This document shows, piece after piece, positions 12,661-25,200 of a DNA stretch of 64,000 nucleotides (position 1 is the stretch's first letter; every line of letters starts with the position of its first letter). A program made the position numbers and the translations under genes. The stretch is from Vicugna vicugna (Eukaryota): assembly GCA_013265495.1 (NCBI GenBank), contig MU058384.1, positions 6,010,792 through 6,074,791 of the forward strand. The letters run 5' to 3'. The notes beneath the pieces were generated by a model that was given only the letters and a program-made list of their open reading frames with translations, was not told the origin of the DNA and made no database searches.

Positions 12661-14769
12661 TCTAGCCTTGCCCCCTTGACCTGGAAATATGGGAGAAGCT
12701 GTTCAGACTCTCTCGTTATATCTACAAAGAGCCATGTGCCTCTGGAGGGAGGGAAAAAGAGGTCAAGAATGATTATTTCCCATCAGTGCAGAAAGCTTTA
12801 AGAATCCTCTCGGCTGTTTCTTTCAAGTTGGAAGGAGTTCTTTTTCCTCTTCGGCACTCTATTGCAGAACTCAAAGTGAATTCTTGAGGAACTATGAGGA
12901 AGACGGAAGTTGATCCAAAGTTCCTACATTAACCTCTGTGGCGGCAGGATTCAGATATCAAGTATCTGGGTTCAGAAATCATGATGCCTTAGAGATCCTG
13001 ATGGTTAAAGACACTGGGTTGTGCTCCTCATTCTTGCCATCCACAGCCTCCTATGAGTATCTATTGTGAAAAATCAAACCCTTCCTTCCTTCCTTCCTTC
13101 TCTTTTTCTCTTTAGGAATGTTTTTACAAAAATGATACATGCTTATTACAAAAAAATTCAAGCAAGTATATTTCATTTCTTTCAGATTGCTTTCCTGATT
13201 TTCATTAAGATCACCCTTCTAGGACAAGGAGGTCCTATTTTTGTGGTTCCTGCGTGCAGTATAAGTGATAGCACTTCTAACAGACAAGGTGGTTCAGGCT
13301 GGTTTCAGAGGCTTCTCCTTGCCACAGGGTTACCTGTGCTGGAGCTTCAGGGTGCCCTGATGAGATCTTCATGGTGAGGTTTCGTTATCTCAAGAGCTCC
13401 CTCTCTCTTCATTGGAAGAAATTTACCTAGATGTGAGATGTTAATGTTAATAAAATCATTAGAGATTAATTTAGGGACATTGAACTATTGACCCCTGAGT
13501 TATACATTTTACTAGTACAGTCCCGCTGTCATTAGGATATTGAGGAAATGAACCTTTGTCGCTAAGCTTTGCTTATAGAATATGCCCACTAAATATTTGA
13601 TGAATGAATAAGTAAATGGTTGAATAAATTGGCATCACCCTATATGTATCTCCTAAGATGTCTGTCAATTCACATCAAGGTTCCCCACATATTTTTCTCA
13701 GCGATTCCTTTAGTTTTTTAAGAAAACTAGATTACAATGTGTGTACTTCTGGGGATAGTTATGGTAACCACCACATTTTATCAATATTACTATTATTATT
13801 TTAGAGCACCTAACGAGCAATGGCATTAAATTCTATGGCACTCAGAGTTAGGCAAGCATACTTTGAAAACCATTAACTATAAACACCAATATTTTAAGAG
13901 ATTTTATTTTCTGCTAAAAAAATGGCATATGTGAAAGATATTTTAAAATGATTCACCCATTTCATAGACGAAAGAAAACAATTTTGGAATTTTCCCTAGG
14001 TTTTACATAGAAAATCAGTGGTAGATGAAAGCTGGAAACTAGGGATTTATTTTTTCATCCTGTGCTTAACTGTTTGGAGACAGACCGTCTCCAGACTATA
14101 TTTTCTTTTTAATGGCTATAAAGTGAATGAACTCAAAGACCAGTCTAGCATCCTGCTGAGATTGATATGAAAATGGACAGGGGAAGAAAAGATTCCTCAT
14201 TAATGGATTTATATTCTAGTGATAGGACTAGTGGGTGGAAAGGTCATTGTAGAAAGTAAAGTGAAATATAGAGCATGCAGAAAAATTATCTTGTTATCTG
14301 ACTTAGAGACATGAGGCTGCACGTTATCCTCTGTTCGTTTATTTTTTCTCCGAGTTTTCCTTTTATTTTTAGATAAATGTGAGTCAGACAGATGAGACAA
14401 GAGTAATTTTTAGAAACTCTCTCCCTTTGCAAGCTTTTGGGAGCAGAGTTTCGCTTGTTTTATATGGTCGGATGGGGAGTGCTATTTGATCAGAATTTGG
14501 GGAAAAGTTGGCAAAACAACTAAAATATCTTATTAACAATTGAATATATGAGGCTATCATCAGACAAAACTTAAAGCTTAATTTGAAGACTGAAATTGAA
14601 GTTATTTCTAGGTTATCAAGAAAGGAAAGGAAAGACATTGTACCTCTGAAAGGGTTTTTTGACTTCAACAAGGAGGGTGGGATCAGAAGGTAAGTATTTA
14701 GGTGACCCTAGGCTTGGTGACAGCCACTGATATATAAACAACTTCATTGAGTTTTCATCCTCGGCCAGG

Positions 14770-14910
14770 GATTTTTTTTTTTCCTTAATGTAGACGAGAT
14801 ACTTTAGTCCCTGAGAATAAATGTGTTGTCCACAGTCTTTGTTAGAGAGTAGCAAAGGCCAGGATTCAAATCCAGTTTTCTCTGGCTCCAGTCCTCTGCT
14901 CTTACCCCTG
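14770..14910 (-). mobile_element. MIR SINE fragment
   Basis: 'gtagacgagatact...gcaaaggccaggattcaaatccagttttctctggctccagtcctctgctctt'. Confidence 0.7.
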
Positions 14911-15275
14911 CCCAGAAGCTCCCATTCCTCTGTCTTCTAGCATCGTGGATGCAGGAGGGTAAGGCACCTTGTGTCCCAGAGACCTTACAACCAGACACCT
15001 CCAGACATGGGTGTGTATATGTGTATACGTGTAGGGTGAGAAATAGCTGGTGGCTCGGCTGCACTTGAGTGTGTCCGAGGCACAGTCTCACCACACAGGA
15101 GGGAGTGATCAGCTCTGCTGAAGCGGCAGTGGAGCAGGTCAGCCAAGATTTTATGGAAAAGAAGAAAAAGCTCACTGAGCTGGGTCTTCCATGTTGACGA
15201 AGGCACAGTAGGTCATCTCAGATGGAGGAAAAATCTGCCCAGAATGACTTGAAACAATAATAAAAGATGAGTTTG

Positions 15276-15468
15276 TAAGATTGTCAGATGAAATACAGGA
15301 CACCCAGTGAAATCTGAAATTCAGATAAACAGTCAAGAATGTGTTAGGATAAATGTAGCCTATACAATATTTGGAACATACTTATCCTAACACATTCTTG
15401 GTTGTTTATCTAAAAATCAAATTTGACTGTGCACTCTGTAAGTTTGTTTGCTAAATCTGGCCATGCTA
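15276..15468. mobile_element. MER53 hAT MITE (palindromic), full length
   Basis: TIRs 'taagattgtcagat' / 'atctggccatgcta' and body 'aaatacaggacacccagtgaaatctgaaattcagataaac'. 8-bp TSD-like flanks tgagtttg (15268-15275) / tgcatttg (15469-15476). Confidence 0.9.
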
Positions 15469-17109
15469 TGCATTTGGGCCTCGTTGGAGAGTAGTGCGTA
15501 AGGCTGGGAGAACCAGGCAGGGTGCGGAGAGGGCATGGCTAAGACTTAAACACAGAAGATCTGGTCTTTTCATACGTGGGATAAACAGGATTAAAAACAG
15601 GATTACCCTACAAATGAACATCTGATTATCCTGTGACTGGGTTAATTTATGCCACTTAGTTAAAAACAGCAAGCAATTGAACAAAGCGTTGTCTTTAATG
15701 AACATTTCTGTTCAAGAGTCATATAATAAAATGACTTCCAACAGACTTTCAGAAAGCTGTTAGTGTCTGATTATTCTTTTCTGCAAAAATGAAAAGAGAA
15801 AAGGAGGCACTGTTTGGGTTAGAGAGGAGAAAATTAAATAAAATCAGATACATTTATATCACATATATAGTACATATGTGTTTCCTGTTTAATTTTTAAG
15901 GGTGGGGGGAAGACAAATGGAATTGCATTATCCCCGTGCAAATCCTATCTAAACTAAACCAAAGATACTGAACTCTGACTCAGTAGCATGGAATTCTTCC
16001 CAGAGTCACAGAAGAAGGCATATCCCATGAAGACAATTGGGGATCACCCTGTGGACGGCAGGTGGCATTTTTACATTCATTTAAAAATTTAAGGGCAATA
16101 GGTCATCTTTAAAAAGCCATTTCCTTCCAGTATTTTTGCTTAACGATGTCTTATGTATCTGTGACATTGGATGATATAGCATGTCTCCTACATTGGTGGT
16201 GTTGGCTGAAAGGAGGCATCTAAACATTTCAAGATAACATTTAGAAAATAACATGGCTTGGGGGAGCAGTGACCGCATACCAATTTAGACTTTTCTCTCC
16301 CTCCTCATTAAATATGTGACCGTGTCTTTTATTTATTTGTCTCCCTGCTCCAGAAAGGATTTAAGGCAGCTCATAAGTACGTGCCAGACCCATGACTCCT
16401 ACACATGTAGCTGCTCGAGCATTTTGAGATTGTACACTTTAAAGTTAAATGCAAAGACTTCTTTCTCTGTGATTAGTGTGTGTCTGCTTCTGGGGAAATT
16501 ATGATAATTATTACATTTTACCAAGACTATTATTTTTGTTATTTCATACTGTCTAATGAACAATGGCATAAATATTATGGAAACCGTAGTCAAGCAAACG
16601 TCTTTTGAAAATGGTGAAATATAAAAATTCTATTCTCTATTTGGAGAAGTTGCCTTGGTTCCATTTTTATTTAACATGGGATTTCACTGTCCTTTGCTTA
16701 AGCCTGTCTTCATTGCCGATGAAGTGAAGGAAAGACAAAAATCTGTCTGTGGTAAACACAATCTGAGATTCGTCACCAACACTTTTACATCAAGACCTGA
16801 TAAATAACGAAAAGTAGGTGTTGGTCCTAATAAATGACTGATTCATCTTATTTCCCTGGATTATATTTACTTTGGGAGGCAAGCTATTCTTTCTTAAAAT
16901 AAAGTGATGTTTGTAATCAAGGTGGAGAGCTAATAAAGTCCGTTTTTCAATTATGGTCTGTTTGAGACCTTGCCTAACTTGGGAAAGGATTTAAATTTTG
17001 GCAAGAATGGTTTAGGGGTTAGCATTTAACTTATTGGAATGCCCTTGTCTTCCAATAAGATGTTGTTTTCAATGTTTTGGCAGGTATCTTGTCAAATAAG
17101 CTGGGGTTT

Positions 17110-17830
17110 TACTGCATCTGATGATGAGAAGACAGGCTCCAAATCAGCTTGACAAACTGAACAAACTGGCTGAGTCTCACAGAATAAATTCTGATAGGAA
17201 TAAATGGTGAATACATAGCCCCGTACCTGGGTTCAGAAAACCAACTGGAAAAATAGTTCACATTGAAAATGCTGGGGAAAAAAATGGCTTAGGGCTTTTA
17301 GTTAATAGTGAGTTCAGTATAAATTGATGGAGTGGTGGGGCTGCAGTAAGTCTAACAGGGTTTAGATCAATTTTGGAGCAGCCTTTCTAGGCTAAGGAAG
17401 ATGTGATAACCCCACTCAACATTCCGCAGTGGTCAAAACTTTTCTAAATCCCAAATCCATATCTGGGCACCCCACTTTAAGAAAGCATGCCTTCAAAAAC
17501 AAAAGATGTAATTGGTAGAGAATATAAAATCATGTTAAAAGAAGAAAAACTGCAGGAACACAAGATTTTTTATCTGGAGGAAAGAAGAGTTTTATTGTTA
17601 AAGAGAGGAAGGTTTATTCTCTCGGCTGTCGTATGTATACAAAGACCAACAGACAGAAGCTTTCGAATAAGGATGGGCTTACTTCTAGTTAATCCTTGTA
17701 GGTAGAAAGGGCTGCTTTAGGAAGCCAGCACCTCTCACCTGTTGGAGAGGCTGGAGAGAGATGATTTACACATTGGATTTAAATCTCGATCCTTGTAGAC
17801 CCATCTGAATCTGATACTGTATAATTCTAA
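17110..17830 (+). mobile_element. CR1/L3 LINE fragment
   Basis: 'ttagggcttttagttaatagtgagttcagtat...ggaagatgtgataaccccactc...tctgggcaccccactttaagaaag' are CR1 RT 3'-region motifs. Confidence 0.75.
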
Positions 17831-18974
17831 GGACGTCCAGAATATTTACATATGCTTTTCTGGTATGCGTATCCTCTAAAACAATCAAGTATTTCAGGAT
17901 ATTTAGTGACATTGCCAAATATAAAACTATAACACTAAACTAGCCTTTGTTATCACATAGACAAAGCAACTGTTTGATTGACTAGAAAATTCAATTTTGA
18001 TACATAAGTGTCTAAGAGACATGGCTTGTTTTTTCCAGTTATTGGATCATCTTGCCTACAAACATGCCTTTTTGATATAATTTTCAATACAAACAGGCAA
18101 AATGAATTACAGCAAATACACATAAAACCCTGATCAAAGCAGTTTGAAATTACGTTAGCTGTAAAATTCTATTACAATCAGAAATTCTGTGTTGGTAGCT
18201 ATTGTGTACAATTGTCTCTTTCCAGCCTTTTCATATGTAATGAAAAATCTCTAGATAGCAAATCCTTGTCAAGCCCCAGGAAATGGTTTACTTGTTTCCA
18301 AGAATATTTGATATTTTAAGATACCCATATAACAAAATAAGTTAGTCGCTTGGAGTTTGTTTTAATAAGATTCATAAACTCAATTCTATGATCCTTTTTT
18401 TTTTCTATCAACACCCCTTGTATTTCATTTTTGCTAGCCACCAGCTGGCTTTTTTTCCCACCACAAAATGACTCTAAACTGCAAGATAATTATACAAAAA
18501 GAGATTTGCTCCAAAAGTTGCATGGAGCCAACTATGTCAGCAATGGAAAGAACTAGTACATTTTGTTTTGAAAAAAAAATCTTAGACCTGGCAGTTTGCC
18601 TACTTAACCCCCAAACACTCTTGACTTCATAATTTCTAAGTGAAGAAGCTCAGCTTTTCTTTCTTTATGTATTTCTAAAACTATCAGTTAAAAATTAGGG
18701 TTATCTTTAAATAACATCCCTTGTAATGTTAAATTACACTAATATGTAAAATGTAGAATGTTAAATTATAGTACAGTAGTGTTTATATTAGTCAGCTAAA
18801 TTAGAAGTCTAGGTGTTGTTGAACCTTTCATAACTTGGAGTCCAAATCAGGGTAGAAGTTTTGATATATTCCTTAGTTTAAAATTCTTGGTATTACATAA
18901 TCATCCCAAAGTTAAGGGGAGAGGTTTGGATGACTATGGGAGGGGCACACTCCTTAAAAGTAAATAAAGAAGTG

Positions 18975-19210
18975 AGTAGCCCATGATGCTGTAGACAGAC
19001 AGCCATCTTGTAGTCATGAAGGAAGCCATCCTGGGATGAGGCAACCAAAGTCAGAGGAATTCAAGAGAGGATCATTGGGTCAAGAGAATCTCAAAGAAAT
19101 GGAGCAAAAGCTCAGATCACAACTTGCACAAAATTTGTTCTTGCTTGAAATACTGGAGATGTGAGTCAGTAACAAATTATCTTTCAGATTAAAAAAAAAA
19201 AGACTCTGAT
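18975..19210 (+). mobile_element. Old MaLR LTR fragment (MLT1J/K-like)
   Basis: 'cagccatcttgtagtcatgaaggaagcc...gatgaggcaacc...gatgtgagtcagtaacaaatt'. Confidence 0.55.
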
Positions 19211-22200
19211 GTTCAATTCCATCACTTTCTTTCCTTTCCTAGTATCTCCATATTATTGGCACTCGTAGTTCCAGAATTTAGAAATCAGTTACAAAAACTC
19301 AAACCACATTTGTCCAGTCAAGGTTGTCGCAAATTATCTTCCAGGAAATAAACATTTAGGGAGAAAGGAAGGTGGCATGCAATCTTCACAGAGTAATTTT
19401 CTCAATAAATACAAACAAGTTCAACCCACTGCTTTCCAGGTAAAATACCTCATAAGGGATGGGGGTATTCTGTACTAACCTTTTGCCTTGATGTATAAAC
19501 TCTCAGGGGTATGAAACATGCATGAGGGTTAGAAAATCATGTTGAAAGAATTATAATCTTTAGCTCTCCAGAGACTAAAAGAGAGCCTTGTGTTATCCTG
19601 TGTTCTGACAAACTCCTACCATATTAACAGTGCACTTGAAAGCATTTCAGTGTATATTGCCTTATGTAAGTGAAGGGCAAATTTGTACAGTCAAAGCAAT
19701 TTTTTTTGAAAAACAAAGTGCTGCTCAAATATGAGTTCTTGTAGTTACATATCATTTTAATAGAGCTACATACCAAACACCACAACTTGTAATTCATGAA
19801 AGAGCTTAGAGTCCGCACGTTGAATAGGATTAAATTCTACCCTAATGACTTTCTCGGAAAAGCCAGTGGAAAATTAGCTGCATCCCACCAGGCAATAAAT
19901 ACATCACACTGAACAAAATTTAAACTAGAGAACAATCAACCCCTTTTCTTTGTTCTTTCAAAGGAAAAGCGAATTAGACCTTTTTTAAAAAGATCAAGAG
20001 CATTTTATGGGAAATTCAGAAAAAAAAAACTATTTGGACCGAAATCAAAATGTTATGAATAGTACTTTCTAAGCAATGACACATATCAGCAGTATTTGTA
20101 ACCATAAGAACAATGTGATAAATTTTAATCACTTGGGACTCCAGCTCTGTGGGAAGTGCTCACCACACAGACATCATTTATAGGTTTCCAGTTATGACCT
20201 ACGTCTGAAAGACATTTTAATGATAACTGGAGAAAGTAGATAGATTGTCCTCCTAGAGTGTTGAAGTTCCTGCTTGCTGTCATCCTCAGCTCTACTAAAG
20301 AGCAGAGGCTTTCAAAGGTACTCTTCAGTCTAGCAATCAGGATGCAAGACCAAAGGGATGGAACTATGTAAGATAAAATATGCCAGAAACGTACACTCCT
20401 CAGGATTTCCTGTGGGAGTCTGACCAAAATAAAGCAATATTAATAAATATAAATCCTGGAACACTATTATCAACAGAAACAGGATCTTGAAATGTACTCT
20501 CGAAATTCTTCTAGTTTCCTTGGGCAGGTCAACAATTTCAATGTAATTGTGCAAAATGTTAGCTCTCCCTCTGGGGACAATTGCTTTACATTATATTTAA
20601 GACTTAAAGATTCTGATAGACCTGCCAAAGAAAGGGGTTTAATTTGCTGGATGCTCTAAATCTTTGAGCTCACTCAGGATGCCTCACTCAGGGTCCTTTG
20701 GCCCCTTGACCTTGAAAACATTTGAGCACCGGAAAAATGTTGTTTCAAAGCATCTTAACATCAAAAAATATGCAATTGGTCTGTTTGCTTGTTATAATTT
20801 CCCCTGTCTTTACTGCATTTTTGGAGAGAAAGGACGCTCAGGTGATGCAGATGGGATGAGAGAAAGAGAAAAGAACCAACCAAGGAGAAGGCTTGTGTTT
20901 GTAAACCATAAAGAGCCATCACACTCAGTCAGATTTCAACCCAGTAATTTGAAAAATATCGCTTCAAATATAGCTCAAAGCCAAGTGATATTTCCTGGTC
21001 TAACTTTTCTCATGAGGCAAGACTTTGAGGGACTTGAGTCTTTGACCTCTCTGTGCCTCCATACCTTCTTAAGCAAGTGAATCATCTCCCACTGCCAGGG
21101 AGACACTGCTTTTAACTTTTCTCCATTCAGAGCATTTGGCCACCAAAAATGTGGGGGAAAGAAGTGACTGTTGGCTCTTTTCTTTCTCCTTGCATTCTGG
21201 TTTCTAAGTATTTTTTTAACCCCCTGAAATATAATTTTCCTTAGTAGAGGAAAGGAAGCCATCATGGATAACATCCCACTCAAATCTAGCAATTTTATAA
21301 CCAACTGGAGTAAAATCTTTTGTTTTAGAATACTATTTGCCCAGCAGAACTAATTCCAAATGTGCTTGACTTCTCCAAGTTTCAGCAAAATTAGCAGCTG
21401 TGAAAATCAGAGATTATGAATAGTAGATGAGGCAGTAATCACTCATTTTGCCTTAAAGAGTAAATATATACCCATAAATCTGAAGAGACTTCTGTCTTCT
21501 GGTTGATGAAATCCTGAAGTTTGTTCTTTCAAAAAGCCACTTCTCTGAAGGTAGGAATGAACAAAGTGGTAGCACATCAAATATAATCACCAAATGCAAT
21601 CATCAAACATGTCAGCCATATCTGAGACCTCTAAAGACTCTCAGTAGTACAGTGTTTTTTTTTATTGTTTCCATGTTAAAATGCAAGACCTAGTGTTAAG
21701 CTGATGAAATAAAGTGCTCAGAATCAACGTTTATTAGTGGACACACTGAAGCAGTAGGATTCATGTCGTTTGTTACTTGTTACTGTTAACGATGAGGCTA
21801 GTGTGCAGCTGTTCTGACAATCCAATCCATGGTTCAGTTCCCTGAACAACTGTTCTCAAGAAAACAGCCCTTCCTCAGTTAAGCTGAGCTGTAAGCACCA
21901 ATGATGACCTGGACCCAAACGAAGGGATTCAAGTTAACCTAAGATGTTTCCATCATAGAACTTTACAGTTTTGAGTGACCTTAGCAATCTAGACACTTCC
22001 CTCTTCCTCCCATCCCATCAATGAGTGGTTCAATGACCCGCCTAGTCTTCCAACCCACATCTCCAGATTCAATGGTTTATTATTATTATTACGATTTTTG
22101 CTGCTAGAAATCCACAAACATGGTTGATTTCTGTGTCATTATTATTCTTTCTTTCTTTGTCTATTCTTCTTTGTTTTTAAATTTTTTAAGGGAGACTCTT

Positions 22201-25200
22201 TATCTTCATGAAAGTCATGTCAGTGGAAATGTTTTTTTCTAAATGCTCTTTATTTTCTCTCAATCTGCTCTTTCAGGAATGCTTATCTTATGAGAAAAGA
22301 CCATGTCATGAACTGAGTGTCGGTAGAGCTGTTGAAAATGCTGAATGATTACAATGCAACAGAAGAATGATAGCCAACACCAACTTCTTGGTTAGGTTAA
22401 CTGATTACACTTTCTGTGATTAATAAGCCATGGTACAGATTAGCAATGAGAACTAGTTATTTAACCATAGTCAAGGCTATCTACTCACAGAGCCTCCTGA
22501 ACTGTAATATTTTTAGTTTTTTGGTTTCAGCTGAAACACCGTAGTTCTAGCCCTTTCTCTGTTTCCTATTTTATGGCTGTGGATCAAGTTTAGACAAAGG
22601 AGCACTTTAATTATGTGTTTAATTCAAAGACTCTGGGAACCAGGCAAATTCCAGCGCATGACAAATTGTGCTATTTCACTTTGCAAGACCTTTGCTGCAG
22701 ACCCTGGAGTTCAGGCTAACAAAGATACAATGATAATAATCAGCTATCATACAGGATGAGAGGAAATGAATAGAAGGAAGAAGTGACATTATTGTTGATG
22801 GATAAATGGTATCTCCTAACGGGCAGAGGTTTGTATCCTATCCTTAGGACTAGCATTTTTATCAATTGTTTTTGACTTTTTCATTCACAGGGATGTTTAT
22901 TGTTGAACAGTCAATCCAAACCACACTGTACTTTTGAACTTCCCATTCTAATGGGAAGGCCTTGTCAGAGAGAAATCTCAATTCGCACAGATTTGAGAAG
23001 TGATGTAAGATCCTACATACTGTGTTTTACAGCCTTTGAAGCTCAAGCTCTCCCCGCATGTAACACACACATCATCCCAACACTCACAAAGCTCAGCTGT
23101 GATGAACAGCTCCACTGAGACTGACATTATTCAACCAACGTCCCAGCCCCGCTTCACCGAAAACCTCCTCCATGAACAGGCCCCTTTGAAGCCTTCTGTG
23201 TTCAGTGGAGAGATTGTGGCCACATCAAGGGTCAGGAATCAATCTAGTCTGATTATCTACATAGTATTTATACATTATAGTCTGGGAACTGGACCTGTAA
23301 GTCCTCCTAAGCCTGTCAGGGCACAACAATCAGGTTTCATAACACACATTCTTAAATGAGGGGCATCTTTGCTTCAATTTTCTTTACATTATATCCACAT
23401 GGGAGCATCATCTGACTTGGTTAGGGTTCTGTGTGTCAGAGATCCTCTTATAAAATGAAATTTCTGTTATTAAAAAACAGAAAGCAACCAATAAAATTAC
23501 TATCCCCAAATTACTATTTCTCTTCCTTCGTTTTGTCCAGTCTGTCAAAAACAAAGCATGGCTTAACCAAGTGTCAACAGGACTCTACTTTGGAAATAAC
23601 ATCTTTGCTTCTTTAACATAAAGATATCTTACTCTTCTCAATTTGCCTGACAGTCACTAACTGACCTGCAATTTCAGTTTTAAAAGAGCACAACAGAATT
23701 TGAAAGATCTTCCTTATTGTGAGAGTGAAAAGATCGTTACGTTCAAAGCACACAACTGCATTTTCAAGTAAGACATTTTCATTCCTCTATTATTAATGAC
23801 TGGACTTTAAAAAAAACAACAACAGACCACTCAGATATTTTTCCAAGACTCACAATCTGAATCCTTCCCATTTTGGCCAAACCTCCCACTAGACAAGTAG
23901 GAAAGATAAACAAAGCAACAGACCCCTGGGCTGTACACACTGACAAGAGCGCAAGCCCTAGGATTAGAATGTTTCATCCCCGTATCCAATGTCTCCCAGA
24001 AGGACATCTAGTAGGAGGAAAGAGGAAGCATGAGGTTAGGAACTTAGAAAGATCGGGCAGATAGTCAAAGCAATGGATAGACGAGACAGCCTGTAACTCA
24101 TTAGCAGGGCATCTCCCAGGGGCCCCGGAAAACATCCTACAGCCGGCAAAAGAAGCAGAAGTCTCCTGTCAGCCGAGGCTGCTGTTAGGCCTGCACCCTC
24201 TGCAGGTCAGGGTATGGCTCAAGGTGTGCTGGGGAGAGTTCCAGACGTGCTGAAAGTGTAAAAGCTTTACATCAACGTTTGCCGAACCGAAGACGTGGTG
24301 AAAAATATCACTATGACCGCTTTCACTCCAGAGGCAGAGTGACAATGGGAAGAAAAGAAAACACGCATCATGACATTTCAAATGTCATTTTAAGTCGATC
24401 AGATGAGCAAGTGAGTGCTCAGCAGGCATAGGGTACCAGAGGCGTGCCGCTGCAGCACAGGACAAAGAAAAGCCCTTTGTTTTTGGTGAGGACTTTGGTG
24501 AGGGATGGTCTATTCTGGAAGCACAGAGGCTTTATTAGAATTGTCTGTTCGTGGCTGGGAGACCTTGGGCATAACATGTGAAGAGCAAGGAATAAGGAAC
24601 ACCCTCAACAAACTTTAGGACTGTGTGGCATCTTGGGAGGAGTGGGGAAAACTGTACCTCCCAGGGACGTACCTAAATAATTATATTCTTATAAATATTT
24701 AGACTCACCATGAATGTGACAATGCAAAATGTAGTAATATGGGGATATTTTATTGGCAGTTCAAACACACCACAGGAGTGTTACATCTAGGGAAAGCAAC
24801 TGTTTTAAAATTTGATTAACATACTTTAAATTTTCATGCAAAACAATTGGATTCTAGGCTCCGTTAGTAATAAATGGATTTTTCCCCCCTATGCCTAGGG
24901 GTCCTTTTCCTGGTGAGACTGTTCCATGTGTAACAGAACTTCAGGTATTTCTGGTCAGGTCTGTTAGATGCCAATATCACCCTCCTGTCTCAACCCTTTG
25001 GGAGAGTTACAGCTATATATAACTATAGTTATATAGTTATGGTAAACAATTTCCCAAATATTCTTGCACCCAAGTACTGATAACTATTTTTTAGTTCTAG
25101 TCTTCTCCATATACAGATTTTTTTAAATTGAGGCCCTGAGAGGTTATATCCTTTGTTCAGTATTACATAACTAGTTTGTCTTAGAATCAGGACAGCTCAT

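Noticed and set aside
13223..13373. Plus-strand exon-like segment (cccttctag|...ATG|gtgagg) with one open frame
   Set aside because: The peptide is unrecognisable and I found no compatible neighbouring coding exons. Other plus-strand acceptors (22277, 22891, 26907) lead quickly to stops or unrecognisable peptides.
25016..25035. 20-bp perfect palindrome tatataactatagttatata
   Set aside because: Low-complexity and TA-rich; readily produced by slippage.
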